This document shows, piece by piece, positions 37,887-50,886 of a stretch of DNA of 64,000 nt. Both the position numbers and the translations under genes were made by a program. The stretch is from Trichosphaerium sp. ATCC 40318. Lineage: Eukaryota; Protista; Tubulinea. The number at the start of each line of letters is the position of its first letter. Positions within the stretch are counted from its first letter, which is position 1. Under the pieces are notes generated by a model that was given only the letters and a program-made list of their open reading frames with translations, did no database searches and was not told where the DNA came from. Location: assembly GCA_038496445.1 (NCBI GenBank), contig JALMLS010000514.1, positions 1 through 64,000 on the forward strand. Reading direction: 5' to 3'.

Positions 37887-40729
37887 TTAACTATTTTCTT
37901 CATCTCCGCCTTCATCCTCTATTTCTTCTGTTTCATCAGATTCTGTAGAACCATATACAAACTCTGGTAAAAAAGATGTTAATCAAAATAATGGGTCACG
38001 TGATATTTAACAGGAGAACATACCTCCTGAAGATTCAGAATCTTCATGTACAATGCCTGTATCATCTGGATTCATTGTCTTTGATTCTCCAAGAACGATT
38101 GTAGATAAAATTCTTGTTGTTACAGCCCCAATAGATTGGTTATACACAGAAATAAACTCGTCAAAGAAAGACTTGATAACTAAATGCTAGAGTAAATAAC
38201 AAAGGCGTAACTGTGGCAAAGTTTGTCTCAATAAATTCCAAAAACAAATACCAGCGCAGTGACCACCGGCAGCTTTATTTTGCAAAATGTTTTTGTTTTA
38301 AAGAGATAAGGTATGTGGTAACCTTATACATTACTTTGAGTCTATTGTTAAGGGGTTCTTCGTGTTAAAGGAGAAAAACTTGTTTGATCGAAAAAAAATA
38401 GCACGTACTCAGACAAACAGTAAAGAGAACAAAACCTCTCGACAATAGATTGAAACTACTCCATGTCGTGTGCCACCATTGTGGTAATATCTCTAAGTCT
38501 GGAAGATCATTATTAGACCCAACAAAATAAGACGTAAGGCAAAGTAAAAACGTACCACATTCACCAGGAGTTTTGTGTTCACAAGCAATCCACTCTCCAA
38601 CCTTTTCATTAAACAGTTCGTCTGATTTCAATGCACGATCAAATGCAGCTGGTAGCGGTACAAAGCTATAAAAAAGGAATAAACCCATCCATATAATCAC
38701 AACAGCTTGACTTCTAGCAAGTCTAAGTCTTTGTTGAACTTTCCCAGTCTTTGAACGAAGAACAAAATATTCCTATCAACACGTTAGTCAATATCTCCAA
38801 AGAAAAAGCCAACGTACCCGTAAGACAAGTATAGCAAAGGCTGAAGTGCCTAACACACCTAGTATTGCAACTAACAAGAGCTCTATCACAAGGGCAACAG
38901 CCATATCTTGTGTTACACTCCTTACTAAGAGAAAAAGTTAGAGTTGGTTAAATGTTATTGTTCTTACCGTAACAGTTTGACGTTAAAACGCCTTGTGTCC
39001 CAAAATTGTCTTTAACAAAGAAGAGGATATCAAAACAAGATACTACTATCCAAGGCAAAACAAAGAAGGAGAATCTAAACGAACATTAGCCACAAGATTG
39101 CTACTTCGCACTATACAATATCACTATTTTAGAGCGTACTGTATGTATTTGTGTGGAGCTTTTCCCTTAACGAACGCATATATCATACCAAACACCCATG
39201 CAATAAATGTGTAATTTGAAAGCGATATGAAATGATACAGCCAAAAGCCTAGAACATAATAAAATAAACAACAGCCAAAAAAAATCCAAAAAAAAAAAAT
39301 GAATAAATAAAATGCGAAGATGTCTTACCTTGTAACACGCACATTGTGTTATCTTGAGGCCTATTTACAACAGCATTATTCAAACATATCAAGTTTTTAG
39401 GATTCTGGACAATACTTGGTAAGAATCCAAGACTGCCAAGCCAAGCATACCTTAAACAAATAAAGTAAGGAATAAAATGAGAATAGTAATAAACCTACCA
39501 CAACAACAAAGTATGTAACGAAAGTGGAAACCCTTTCTTAATAGCTACTCTAGTCGATATAATGACAGCTATTAGTCCTACTAACATAGAAGCTGGTGCA
39601 AACACATACAATAGCTTTAGGGTATAGGAGTTAGAGTTTGAAAGAAGGGACACCTATCGTACAATTCGTTCTAACGAAGGTGTTCTGTCATCCAAAAAAA
39701 TAGGTGTGCATCCCAAAAAACAAAGCGAATCGAGTTCTCTTAGATCATGTTCAGGGTCAATCGTAGCTGGGTAAGTACAATCTGTTGAAAGCGTTTGTAT
39801 AGATTCATTATTACAAGTAGGACTATCTGTATAGTCAGGAAACGTCGCTATAACAATCAAACAAATTAGCAAGGTTCAACAAAAGCATGGCAAACAATTA
39901 CCTGTAGTGCTTGAACAATTAGGCATTAAAACCCTTCCACCCTCTCCAAATACTGAAAATATACAATTTCTTACATACTCACATTTTTCAGTACACCCAG
40001 GTACAGGTAATGGAATGTTTCCTTGTGTCACGTCAAAACTTGATTTCAATAAAAAAATTACAAAGAAATTTCTTCGGCCGGCTTGAGCTCGTACCAAAAA
40101 AGAAAATATAGCACGTGTTGTTAACAATTATAATTCTGGTTATATATGCAACACTTTCCGGCCGAAGTCACAAATGAGAAGGGTCCTTTTCGGCAAATTG
40201 TTTTTTTTCTTTGATTTTTGTTCTAAACGAGCGATAACCGCGTACCTGTACATTGTCTGTAAATACTTTTGCATTGCAGTTCTTTAAACGCCAAACCACA
40301 GCTAAAAGTAACGTAAGTACGTAATTATCATCTCAACAAACAATCGTAGGCGTAAAAAACAGTATTAGTACTATTTGTGTACACAAAAACAAAACTTGAA
40401 GAAACTCCGTATTTTCGGATTGTGTGTGAGTGAACGTTCCAAAAGTATTAAGAAATAGCTACTTGTACGCTGAAACAGTGTTTTTATGCTTTTGTTGTGA
40501 TTTTGTACCTCTTTGTGGCGATTAAAATATCAGATGTTACATTCCGTATAAACAGCTCGTATATATTATCCATGTCTTGTGTTGTGACGTTTGGGGGTAA
40601 TATGAATAAATAATCATCTGCAAAACCACATAGGTTTGCGGTTGTATTAGCGCGAACGCACTGGAACGAATAGACCGGTGCTATCAGCAATAGTGATAGT
40701 AATAGTAGTAAACAGCATTGCAAGTGCAT
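37887..40729 (-). CDS. Frizzled/Smoothened-like 7TM receptor with Cys-rich ectodomain
   Basis: Signal peptide, Cys-rich domain, multiple TM exons with LICLNN..MCVLQG, extracellular WIAC..GEC and an acidic tail. Confidence 0.7.
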
Positions 40730-41619
40730 TATATAGTGTCTGGAGTGTGTTTAGTGTGGTGGAGAGTAGGTGGAAACGTTGATGTCCTCTTTAGAGGGAG
40801 TATAAGCGTGGGTTATCCAAAAGAAAGACGATCGACTAAGTTATCCATTTTAAGGTACAGTCTTTTTTGTTGGCTACTCTTGTCCACAACGAACGCCTGC
40901 ATGTTTTTTAGGAGAGTAATATTACTCTAAGTTGAAGGAGAAACTGTTGATTTTCATCGTTCGGAGTTGGAAAAGGTGCAGAATACTTGAAAACAGAAAA
41001 TCAACTTTACTACTTGTCGATATTGCCATTTTTACTTTCCCAATATTGAGATAATTCGGTCAACTGCAATACTGAGGAGCTTGTAATATTATTCCTACGT
41101 AACATCTAGACGCAGTAACGCACTAGTACATGTAGTATTACTTAACACGCACTCGTGGTACTGAGTATAGCGTGTAAGTCGGTTTTATGTCTGTTGAAAA
41201 AAAATACGAGAATTTACAAACAGTGCAAGTTAGAACCTTCAAAACATTCAAAGGGGCTCTTGTCTTTGCGTGTACATCCTTGCGTGACCTTACTTTAGCA
41301 AATACATATTCAAGTCCATCACTGACTTGTACCTAGGACAAATTTGAGCGGAGACAGTCTTAATTAAATGTGCGTTAAATAGGCCTAAGCTGGTCCGCGA
41401 AAGACTGTAAACTAGCAACGGGGAAATAAGTTCCATAGTTCCGCTTTTTCGTTCGTGTTTATCATACAACATTTTGCGCAATGTGACAGGTTTTGTCGTA
41501 ACGCTGTTTGTTTGTCAATAGATACTTACCTTTAGAATATTTCAAATATATTCATGCATTTGAGTATGTGGGTTTTAAACGTTGTAGTTAATGTATACGT
41601 TCTCGATGAAAAAACAGGT

Positions 41620-42529
41620 TTATTGATGTGAGTTCTTAGTGTTTGAGATCTCTACATTGCTATAAACAATAACAGTTGTCCCTGAGCAATCAAATCTACA
41701 AGGACATTCAATACCATAATTACAATGACATAGACCGTGGGCACAATCAAAAACAAGATCAACATGTAGCTCAGGGAATATATTGAAGCCAGAAGGATAA
41801 ATCTCAACAGTCCATGTAAACTACAAAGCATAAGAAAACAGTTTTCAATTCATCCCATTTTTTAAATTGGAATACTGTTTTTGTTTGACCAAATACTACT
41901 CAATTACGTTGCGGGTTGCATAAGATTTTTGCGTGGACCTTTTTTGTATTTCATGTAGTGTATTGGTCATATTAACCAAAGAAAAGTTGTTGGTGAGAAA
42001 AAACAAAGTTATTTAGGTCATACGTCCAAAAAAACTTTGTTTCTGAAAGTCGCTAACGTACGTAGTCAATAGTGTAGTCACCCTTGCCACAATCATTTAT
42101 GAGATAACTCTTGATAAACCGTTATTACATGTTGTAACTGTCACGTGTTGAAAAGTTTTATTAATAAAGACTATTGTCCAAAAGTCACGTGACAAGTGTT
42201 TTAAACGTACACCATAAATAGGATTATCATAAGGTCTGAGCGCTGGGTATCCTATTTCAAAGTCTGTTCTTGTGAATGTAGCATTCTAGAGTTTCTCCGT
42301 TTTTAGTTTGTAGGTTTGTCGCGAGCAAGATACTCCGATATGTTTGTTGGCGTACTTGGGTTTCAAGTGGTAGTATTGGGAAGTATGAAGCGGTTTTAAA
42401 GCATTTATTTGAAGAAGTAATTCGGTAAGTCCCCTTTATGTCTAATGGCCACGTGACTGGCTTTGTTTCTATACATTCAGCAATATTGTTAATAAATAAC
42501 AGTGTAAAGATAACCAGAAGCGAACGCAT
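41620..42529 (-). CDS. Small secreted Cys-rich protein
   Basis: Signal peptide MRSLLVIFTLLFINNIAEC. The spliced last exon contains CAHGLCHCNYGIECPCRFDC. Confidence 0.55.
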
Positions 42530-42749
42530 TGGTGGGTTAGTGAAGTATACATGTCAAAAAAAGTCAGAAACTACTGAGAGTATGTTGAAAACTTGATTCC
42601 ATTTTCACGTGACTTTCAATGGTTACAAGCAATTGGAATTTAAGAGCTTTAATACAACAAGATCAGAACATATATATACTCAAGTGATTGTGTAAGAGTT
42701 GATAGTGGCACTAGGAAAGTACCTGCCAAGGTTTAAAATAGAAGATAAC

Positions 42750-43740
42750 TCAACAGATATTGCATAATTGATTTTGTTTAGCATTTAGATTCAGACACTG
42801 TTTCAATTTGCCATTGTCATACCATACCTTGTATTCGCCATCAAGGTTACCAGCAGTGTAGTGGCATTCCCTTTCCAACTTTCCATTGACATACCAATGC
42901 CTATACTCTCCATCGTACTTATCATTAACAAACCAACAATGAACTTCTAAATTACCATTGAAATACCAGCTCTTGTATTCTCCTTCCATTTTACCTTCAA
43001 CATAATAACACTCTTCCTCAGGTAAAGATTTTGTAACCCAACGTTTATACAGACCATGTCGTTTACCATTGACATATGTTTCAACTTGTTTTAATTCTCC
43101 GAAAGGAAACCAATACTTTAGCTCTCCTTCAAGCTTTCCATCAACATAATGACACTTCTCATAAAGTTGACCATTATCATACCAAGACAAGTATTCACCT
43201 TCTCGCTTGTTATCAACATAATAACACTTTTCTTTCAACTGGCCTTCATTGTGCCATTGTGTGTATTCTCCATTTAATTTACCTTCTGAGTAAATCGATT
43301 GTTCTGATAATTGTCCATTTCTATGCCACCACTTATATTTTCCTTCAAGTGCATCATTGACGTAATAGCATTGCTCCCATAATTGACCATTGTCATACCA
43401 TTTTTTATGCTCTCCTTCTCTCTTGCCATGACGCCAACACTCTTGATAAGTGATTTGAAATTCAGGTGATTCAATACGTCTCAGCCATTTTGAATGTTTC
43501 TTTAAGTCAGTGTCAAACCTTGTTGTTGACGCTGATCTTCTTGACAATACAGGATATTTTAAATATACTTCAAAATCAATATCTATGATATCAAGTTGTA
43601 TCTCAACGGGAAGGTGTAATAATAGAGAAGTAACATCTGGTTTTTCCAAATTCTATTAAAATCACGTTATACTATCGCTAACAAGTACAATTTACCGTGT
43701 TAAATAGATTTGTAAGTACCTTATCTTCTGTTTTGGCCAT
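42750..43740 (-). CDS. F-box-like + MORN-variant repeat protein, copy B
   Basis: Exon 1 MAKTEDK (43720-43740), intron 43653-43719. About 20 aa differences from copy A over 299 aa. Confidence 0.85.
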
Positions 43741-44011
43741 GCGTGTCTGGCAGGATTTTTACTAAACGGAATTCCTTTGACTGAGGATGTAGTGTAAGAA
43801 AATTGGACATTGGGTGAGCAGGTGTGATGACAAAACAAGGCTTTTTCGACTCTTGACCTGAGTGAATAATTATACAATCATTTCATCAGAATATAAATCT
43901 GTGGTTCAACAACAAAACAAGAATACATTTCACAGGTAACACAACAATTTATTTAAATAGAAGTCAGTTACATGAGTAGACTAGTTAATAAACTTGACAA
44001 TCTTGACGCTT

Positions 44012-45930
44012 CTATGAACCTGATGAGCTCGATGAACTTGAAGAGCTTGAAGACCGTGATAAACTTGAAGAACTTGATGAGCTCGATGAGGTTGAAGAAC
44101 TCGACGAACTTGAAGACCTTGATAAGCTTGAAGAACTTGAAGACCTTGATGAACTTGACGACCTTGATGAGCTCGATGAACTTGAAGACCTTGATGAGCT
44201 CGATGAGCTTGAAGAACTTGATGAGCTTGATGAACTTGAAGAACTTGAAAAACTTGAAAAACTTGAAAAACTTGATGACCATGATGAACTTGATGAACTT
44301 GTTGAGCTTGATGAACTTGATGAGTCAATTGGCAAACAGCGAGTTGTTCTTCTCTTGTCATTTTGAAGTTGATTTTTGTGTAGTTCTTGTGGCACAAGCA
44401 CATCTGTAGGGAACTTGTAAATATAGTCTTTGTACTTGTCCAAGAACTTGGCAGCTGGGAAAACAAACGGCTTCTGGAAAAAACACATAAGTAAGACCTC
44501 AAAGTTCAGAAAAAAATCAAAGATTCTACAGAATGTACGTTTCTTCCAAGATTGACCTCACATCTGTCAAGTTTTCTAAGAAGCGCTATTGTTGGTGCAT
44601 AGCTTTTAGGTTCAGTTATTACAATATTACCTAGTCCAACGAGTTTTCCATTGAGTGTCCATATTGAGACACCATTCCAAAAAGTACCACAACCTTCAAT
44701 GTCAGTATTCAAAGTTTATGTCCACAAACAAATAAGTACCTATGACATCCTTGTCTTTTAATTTCTTTGTGAATATGTTCATATACTTTATGTCTTTTGG
44801 ATTACTGGCTCCAAGTAAACTGTACCGTGGTTCAATACTAGTTGTGTGATCAAACCCAACTGAAAGGCCACCATTCCTTTAAAATAATTAATTTAGGAAA
44901 TATGTTTTTAATCAAAGGTTAAACCATAACCACATGCCTGTCTTTCTTGTTCTGAAAGTATGTCACTTCAAAGTAACCAAAAAGACATTTAATATCTTTT
45001 TGTTTATAGTACATCCAATGTTTCTTGAGCTGAACGTTCTACCACAGACAATCAGGTTATATTTTTTGTTCTTCTTTTACAATAACACGTACTTCACAAT
45101 ATCTTCCACCCTTATGCGTGAGCTCTGTATGTTTTGAGAAAACCTTAATTATCATTGATTTTCTTCTGTGAAAAACACACCTCCATCCTCCTTTAGCATT
45201 CGCACGTGATTTGAACGTTGTCAAGGAATCTATTCAATAAAAAGTTCATTAGCTTTTCGTTTCACTTCTAGAGATGCACCCAAGTGTTTAAAACAATTAA
45301 AAAGCGCCAAAACGTATAACGCGCTTACTGAGCATTGTATTGACATCCTCCCAATTCACTTTTCTTTCGTTGCTGAGTTGATACAGTGGTAGAACATACT
45401 TGAATTCTCTGAAGCATAATAACCGATCTTTTAGCAATCTATTCAACTCCTGTACAGTTTTTTGAGACAAAATACCGCTAAATACACGCTCGTACATGGT
45501 AGTAAAAGCGACACGTTTCAACAAGCGATAAAAAGCCAATTGGATCTAAATCCAATGCTATTTTCTCAAGAAGCTCCTACAATGCCAAAATTATCATACG
45601 AGATACTATGGAGTGCTGTAACAGCGATTATGGATAAATTTACGTGCGTTTGGAATTGAGAGAAACTCGCAGTTGTATTCGTAGTCTACATCGTCTATAT
45701 TGTGTATTTTCTGTTTCTTCTGTTTCTTGAATAACTTGAGTAAATGTTTCATCGTGGTTCTGGCTCTTTTTAGCACGTCTACTTCTTGGAATTTCAACGG
45801 CCTAAAAAACCTCAAGGGACAATGTCACGTTCCGGAAACATACTATTTTCCACCAGAATAACACTCTAGTGGATTTTTTTGGTACCTAGCACATATTAAC
45901 TTGTGCTGCCATACCCACCAATGGATGACA
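44012..45930 (-). CDS. SPRY-domain protein with poly-Ser tail; 5' exons uncertain
   Basis: Spliced KDVIGCG..IWTLNGKLVG..YAPTIAL..CEVNLG|KPFVFP matches the SPRY C-terminal motifs. Confidence 0.65.
44015..44325 (-). repeat. 9-nt periodic microsatellite encoding a ~100-residue Ser tract
   Basis: Units tcaagttca/tcaagttct/tcgagctca/tcaaggtct on the minus strand. Confidence 0.9.
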
Positions 45931-46705
45931 TTTTGTGAGAAGGTCGGGTTCTTGTCCCGAGCTAAGCGACGGGTCCGACCGAAAGCGAACAGCGCTCTAT
46001 ATTAGCTTGCATTCGCTGTCCCATACTCGAATAGTGTTAAACCAAAACTGGGAAAACTAACAATCTACTTGAGTGGATTTTGGTCATATGCTCACGTTCC
46101 ATCTTTTGCAATAAAGAGAATCCAAGTCCTAAGAACCATAGACACTCTTATTATTAATGTTGATAGTAGCTTGTCAAACTAAAAAGGATTGCGAAGGGTG
46201 GGTTGACACCATAGCAACAGGTTGTCGACTTAACCGTTATGTCAATTCGGTTATGGTAAAATAACAGTTGCTAGCGTCATTTTGAGCGTCCGAGAAGCTT
46301 TTTTCATCCATACTCTAATGACTCTTTAAAAAAAAAGTTCTACAAGGTTGAGTGAAAGTGCCAAACTAGTTTTAAAGAGTCGCAAAAATAGTTCACTGAA
46401 TCATAGTTGAAGTAAGAAGTCGAGGTTAACCGGCTTTGTAACAGAACCTAAACGGTTAACCGGAAAAGTAATACGTCTAGTTGACACTAAAGAAAATCGG
46501 GCCTTTATACCACGTATCCTACTTGACGTGTAATTATGCGTTATTACTATTGACCACAATAAACAATTGAAAAGAACTGTTGAAGTAAGGTATACAATTA
46601 TTAATCAATATCATCTGTAGATTTGTTTTATTTATGTTTCTTTACCATTTGATTTAATCTATCATTAATGTCAGTAACATGCATTTTGCGAGCTTACTTT
46701 TACAT

Positions 46706-47479
46706 CTAGTGTATGTCTACCATTGCTACTACAATGAAAAGAACAATTATGCTATGTGGAAAAAAAAAGTGTTAGCACGTTTTTAATATGAAGACGTGTA
46801 CCATATACCAATGATTTTTCCATTGGCTTTCCATTCTGCATCTATTTCCTTATTAATAGCAGATTCATCTGTGTTTAGCATTCTTTTTAAATACTTAAAG
46901 AGACCGCAATATATACTTGTCGGTTCATACTTTAATATTAATGCTTCTGTTAAGACTTTTACGAATTTCTCTGCTTCTATAGCACGTTTTTCTAATTCTT
47001 TCTTATCACTCTTAAGTAATAAAACACTAGTTTCTAGAGTATGGATTCTTCTTTTATAGCTTGAGGGGCTACAACATTTACGAGATGAAAATTGAGACCT
47101 AAAACAAGTTAAATGATAAAAACTGATTGATTTTGTTATCCAGCGTACCATGACATATTCTTCTTACAGAGGCTACAAGTACCCTTCACTTTTGATACTA
47201 AATTCCTCACTATCCTTGGCGCATTGTAAAGCAAACCTGAATACAAATTAACAAGTAAGCAAGAAGAAGTCTTCAAAACGTTAAATGTTATTTGTTTGTA
47301 CCTCTCATTTGTTTATGGCATACTGGACAATTAACTCCCTTATAGTTGTCCAAACAGTCCTTGCAAAACGTGCTCTGGCACGTGCTGTGCGTTACTGGGT
47401 CAGAAAGTAGGTTATTGCATAAAGAACACTTTAATTCATGTACATCTTCAACGGGGTCAAAAGTACTTTTAGAAGCCAT
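46706..47479 (-). CDS. RING finger protein (TRAF-like N-terminus) with coiled coil
   Basis: CSLC..DPVTHSTC..FCKDC..CPVC, then a second Cys cluster and heptad repeats. Confidence 0.8.
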
Positions 47480-47980
47480 GATACTACCTAGTTGATGATG
47501 TACACAAGTGACGCTGCCTTATGTGAAGTTAAGCGACCTCGAAATCTCTTTGAGATGTACTGTGCTAGTAGCGTAGGTAACACACGTATACTGTATTAAA
47601 ACCCTAAAACGTTTTAATGTGATTGATTACTTAACTTAAGGACCTTTAAACAACTTAACGTGAAGTCTTATCACTTCTTGCAAGTCGTATTTTGTTCGAG
47701 TCAAAAAATCTTACATAGCAAGAAAGCTAGGCAGCTCATTGGGTATTTTTCCACTGATAAGAGCTTGAAATACTTTATTAAACAATGTTGCTGTAACTCA
47801 AACTGAAAAGTGTACAACACCGGTGAATACACTATTTAGCTTATGTGCTAACAATGTCAGTAACATTGTTACTGATAGGCTTTTTGCCATAGAGCATTCG
47901 GTCTTTTCTTTTAAAGAAATTATGCTGGTATAAAGCGATACCACTAAACGTGTTACTTTGGTTTTTTTTTCAATTTTTTT

Positions 47981-49576
47981 TTAATCTACAGTTGTATTTT
48001 TAACTGATATCGTTCTGGGTCTCTCGGGCGTCATAGTAAACATTACGCCTACTATAAGAACTGCTTCCATAACTCTGAATAACATATGGCTAATTACATA
48101 GAAAGTTGTGTATAGTTGTCCTGTTTCTCTTTTGATAGCTGTCACACGAATAATGTTAAATGTAGCCAGAGATAAAAAATACATAAAACCTTGGATAAAG
48201 GCAACAGCGACTAGTTTGTAAACCTGGATTAAATTAGTATTATAGACTAAATACAATATGTCATTTTTATAACCAATCCTATCGGAAAATATTAAGAGAG
48301 TGGTACACGTCCAAAAATAAAAGAAGATTTTCTGTGAAACAAGTTTTTTTGTTTTAAGGAAAACACTCCGTTACAAAACAGTCACCTAATATTCAGTTTT
48401 ATATAAACAAAGGTGTAAAAGTACACCAAAACTGCGCAAAAGATTAAAATAAAAGCTGGTTTCCTAAATGTGACACCATCTTGATGGATTGGAGTTAGTC
48501 AAGTTTTGTTTTTTCTTACCTTTTTCATAATATTTTTAAGCGCACTAAAGCTGCTTTTCTTTAACTTTGTGTAAGTTATACATCCGCTTACTGAAAATAT
48601 GACGCATGCTAGTAATGCTAATACAGCTGTATAACCCCAGTAAAAGTAATCTAATATCCTAAAGGAGCCCACTCGACGAACGATAGAAAAAACAAGCTCG
48701 AAAATCAATAGCACTTGAGAAAGAAAATACTAGTTAGCACGTGTACCCATCCTTAAAAATAATAATTGTTTACCTATCAAAGATACCCAACAAATCCATA
48801 ACACAAAATGACGTGTCAAGCTACTCGGCCTTGGCTCAAAAAGCGCCCTTAAAAAAAGTCACAAAAATCAACAAGCGAATTCTCACAGCAATCGCAAGGT
48901 AAGTACAACTACTGCAAATAGAGCGACGTTTCCCATAGCCCAAAATATGCCAGAGATCCAATATGGTAGATAGTTATGTATAGAGAAGGGGTCAACAAGC
49001 TGGTATAGAGCTCGTGCTAATGAGCAGATTTAAAACCTCAGCGATTAGCATGAAGACGCACCAATGCAAAGAACAATGATACATACCCATAACGATTTGA
49101 TAGTCATAGTCCTTGCTGTTAGTTGCATTTTTATAATACCCTTTTTGTACATACGCCATCTGAAGAAAAATTAAAAATCACGTGATTTAACGGGTAAATA
49201 CTAAAAATAACATGAAAAAAACCGTACATTGCTAAAACGAATAGTAGTATAAACATCGCCCCAATACCTGCACTGTACGTCCATAACAAAGCGCCTTATA
49301 TGTGTAAGTAATTATCACTTACTATTAGGAACTTATGGTATATATTTCGGGCTTACCTTCAGGCTTGTATTCACACCTTGAAAACAAAGTTAATAAGTTT
49401 TTTTTTTTTGGAATGAACGCTAGAGACTTGAAATAAAGCCCAACTCAGTAGTTGAGATAGTTTACGCTCGCCAGAGAGCCGTACCTTACGCCACCATAGC
49501 CAGATAGACATTTACAGTCGGAGTCTTTACACCATCCGCTATTAAGGCAATCGTCGTCTGTTGTACAGTTAGCCAT
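47981..49576 (-). CDS. Multi-pass (about 7 TM) membrane protein with N-terminal EGF-like domain, THH1/TOM1/GPR137-like
   Basis: CTTDDDCLNSGWC..CKCLSGYGG..C, then hydrophobic exons including RALYQLVDPF. Confidence 0.6.
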
Positions 49577-50120
49577 TGCTTGTATTATGATGAATGTAGA
49601 CTTTGAGATAATTACTACAAAAATCTGTTAATATGCATGGTATTGTTGTTACGACTTTGAATAATAATACAAATATGCAATATGACGTCCACTGGTGTAT
49701 GGTGCTCACCTTTAAAATGATAGCTGACTCGCAATTTACTTTCTACATTTTCTGTTGACCAACGTAGAATTTAACCATAACGCGCTAGAATGGATATGTA
49801 GTGGAATCAGGTTGGCTGATAATAGTTTGATCAAACTCTAGAAAGGCAAAAAAAGCTTAGAACATCGGAAGAGATACAATACCTCCATAAAGTCACGTGT
49901 TTAACTTTGGATTGGACGTTCGGACAATTTATTGTCCAAGCTTACTGAAAAGGAGTTACGATTCACGTGTGATGAGATACAATATAGGTAGCACATCCAA
50001 TACACTACCTATATTAGTAGCGGAAAGGCCAATTTGCGACTCATAGATTGCATTGAGTTACAAAACAAAACCATAAATAGATCGCAACGATATTCATAAC
50101 ATTTAATTTACAACGAAAAC

Positions 50121-50560
50121 CTAAACTACTAGACATCTCATTACCTTGACAAAGTACACCAGTATTACTACGACAGTGATAGATAATACACAAATGACAA
50201 CAACCAAGATGATGCAGCATTGTATACCTCCACTGGCTTGATTGTCTTGACAAACATCTTTTACAGAGAAAATGACAGAAAATGCTGTTGGGTTGTATTC
50301 GGAGCTTGTTATTGTCACAGCTATCGTCCAGTACAGTTTGGATCTCTGAGAACTCAGATGTCAAACAGTTATACTCCATAAAGTCTCGCTTTTCGCCATC
50401 TTTGGGTGGTTCGGTAATCTGGACGCAAAGAATACTGTCATTTATCTCAAGGCACCCTGCACAAATGAAGGCAATAGACAGCATTTCTTGCATTTGTATC
50501 ACATTGCTGCATGTGTTCATCTGAAAAAGCACCAGCATCTCCAATAAGTATAAGCCGTCC
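50121..50560 (-). pseudogene. Frameshifted fragment of a membrane-anchored surface protein, similar to the C-terminus of 34591..37490
   Basis: AGCLEI..FMEYNCL..DSC in one frame continues as EYNPTAFSVIFSVKDVC plus a TM segment in another frame. Confidence 0.4.
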
Positions 50561-50886
50561 TTTACCTAATGTATTGTTAATATATCATGGTGAAGGCATT
50601 ATCCCTATGTTTGTTATAGACACCTAAACAATCCTATGGTTACCTAGGTCTGCAACTGAATGAAAAAAGTGATAAGTTTTAGGCATTATATCAAAACCTA
50701 CCATATTGAGACAAACAGCACTGTTGCTTTGTTTACATCGCCAGGGATGCATAAGAATCCTTGTACCTAGTATGAGATTGGGGATTTTACCTCTGCTGAA
50801 CCACGTCTACAAAAAGGAAATAACTGCTGAAAACCATAACTTTTTTTTTTTATTAAGTTGTTTTATTCTACTTTTACTTGTAAGGA

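Larger units (their letters stand above)
42603..44395 (-). repeat. Right arm of inverted duplication (partner 32945..34475)
   Basis: Mirror of the left arm. Longer because of the expanded Ser-coding microsatellite. Confidence 0.9.

Noticed and set aside
32945-44395. Terminal inverted repeats of a large transposon (Polinton or composite type)
   Set aside because: No transposase, integrase or polymerase lies between the arms, and one arm is part of a host gene.
43968-44502. Four overlapping ORFs on both strands
   Set aside because: An artefact of the stop-poor 9-nt repeat. Only the Ser frame connects to the SPRY exons.
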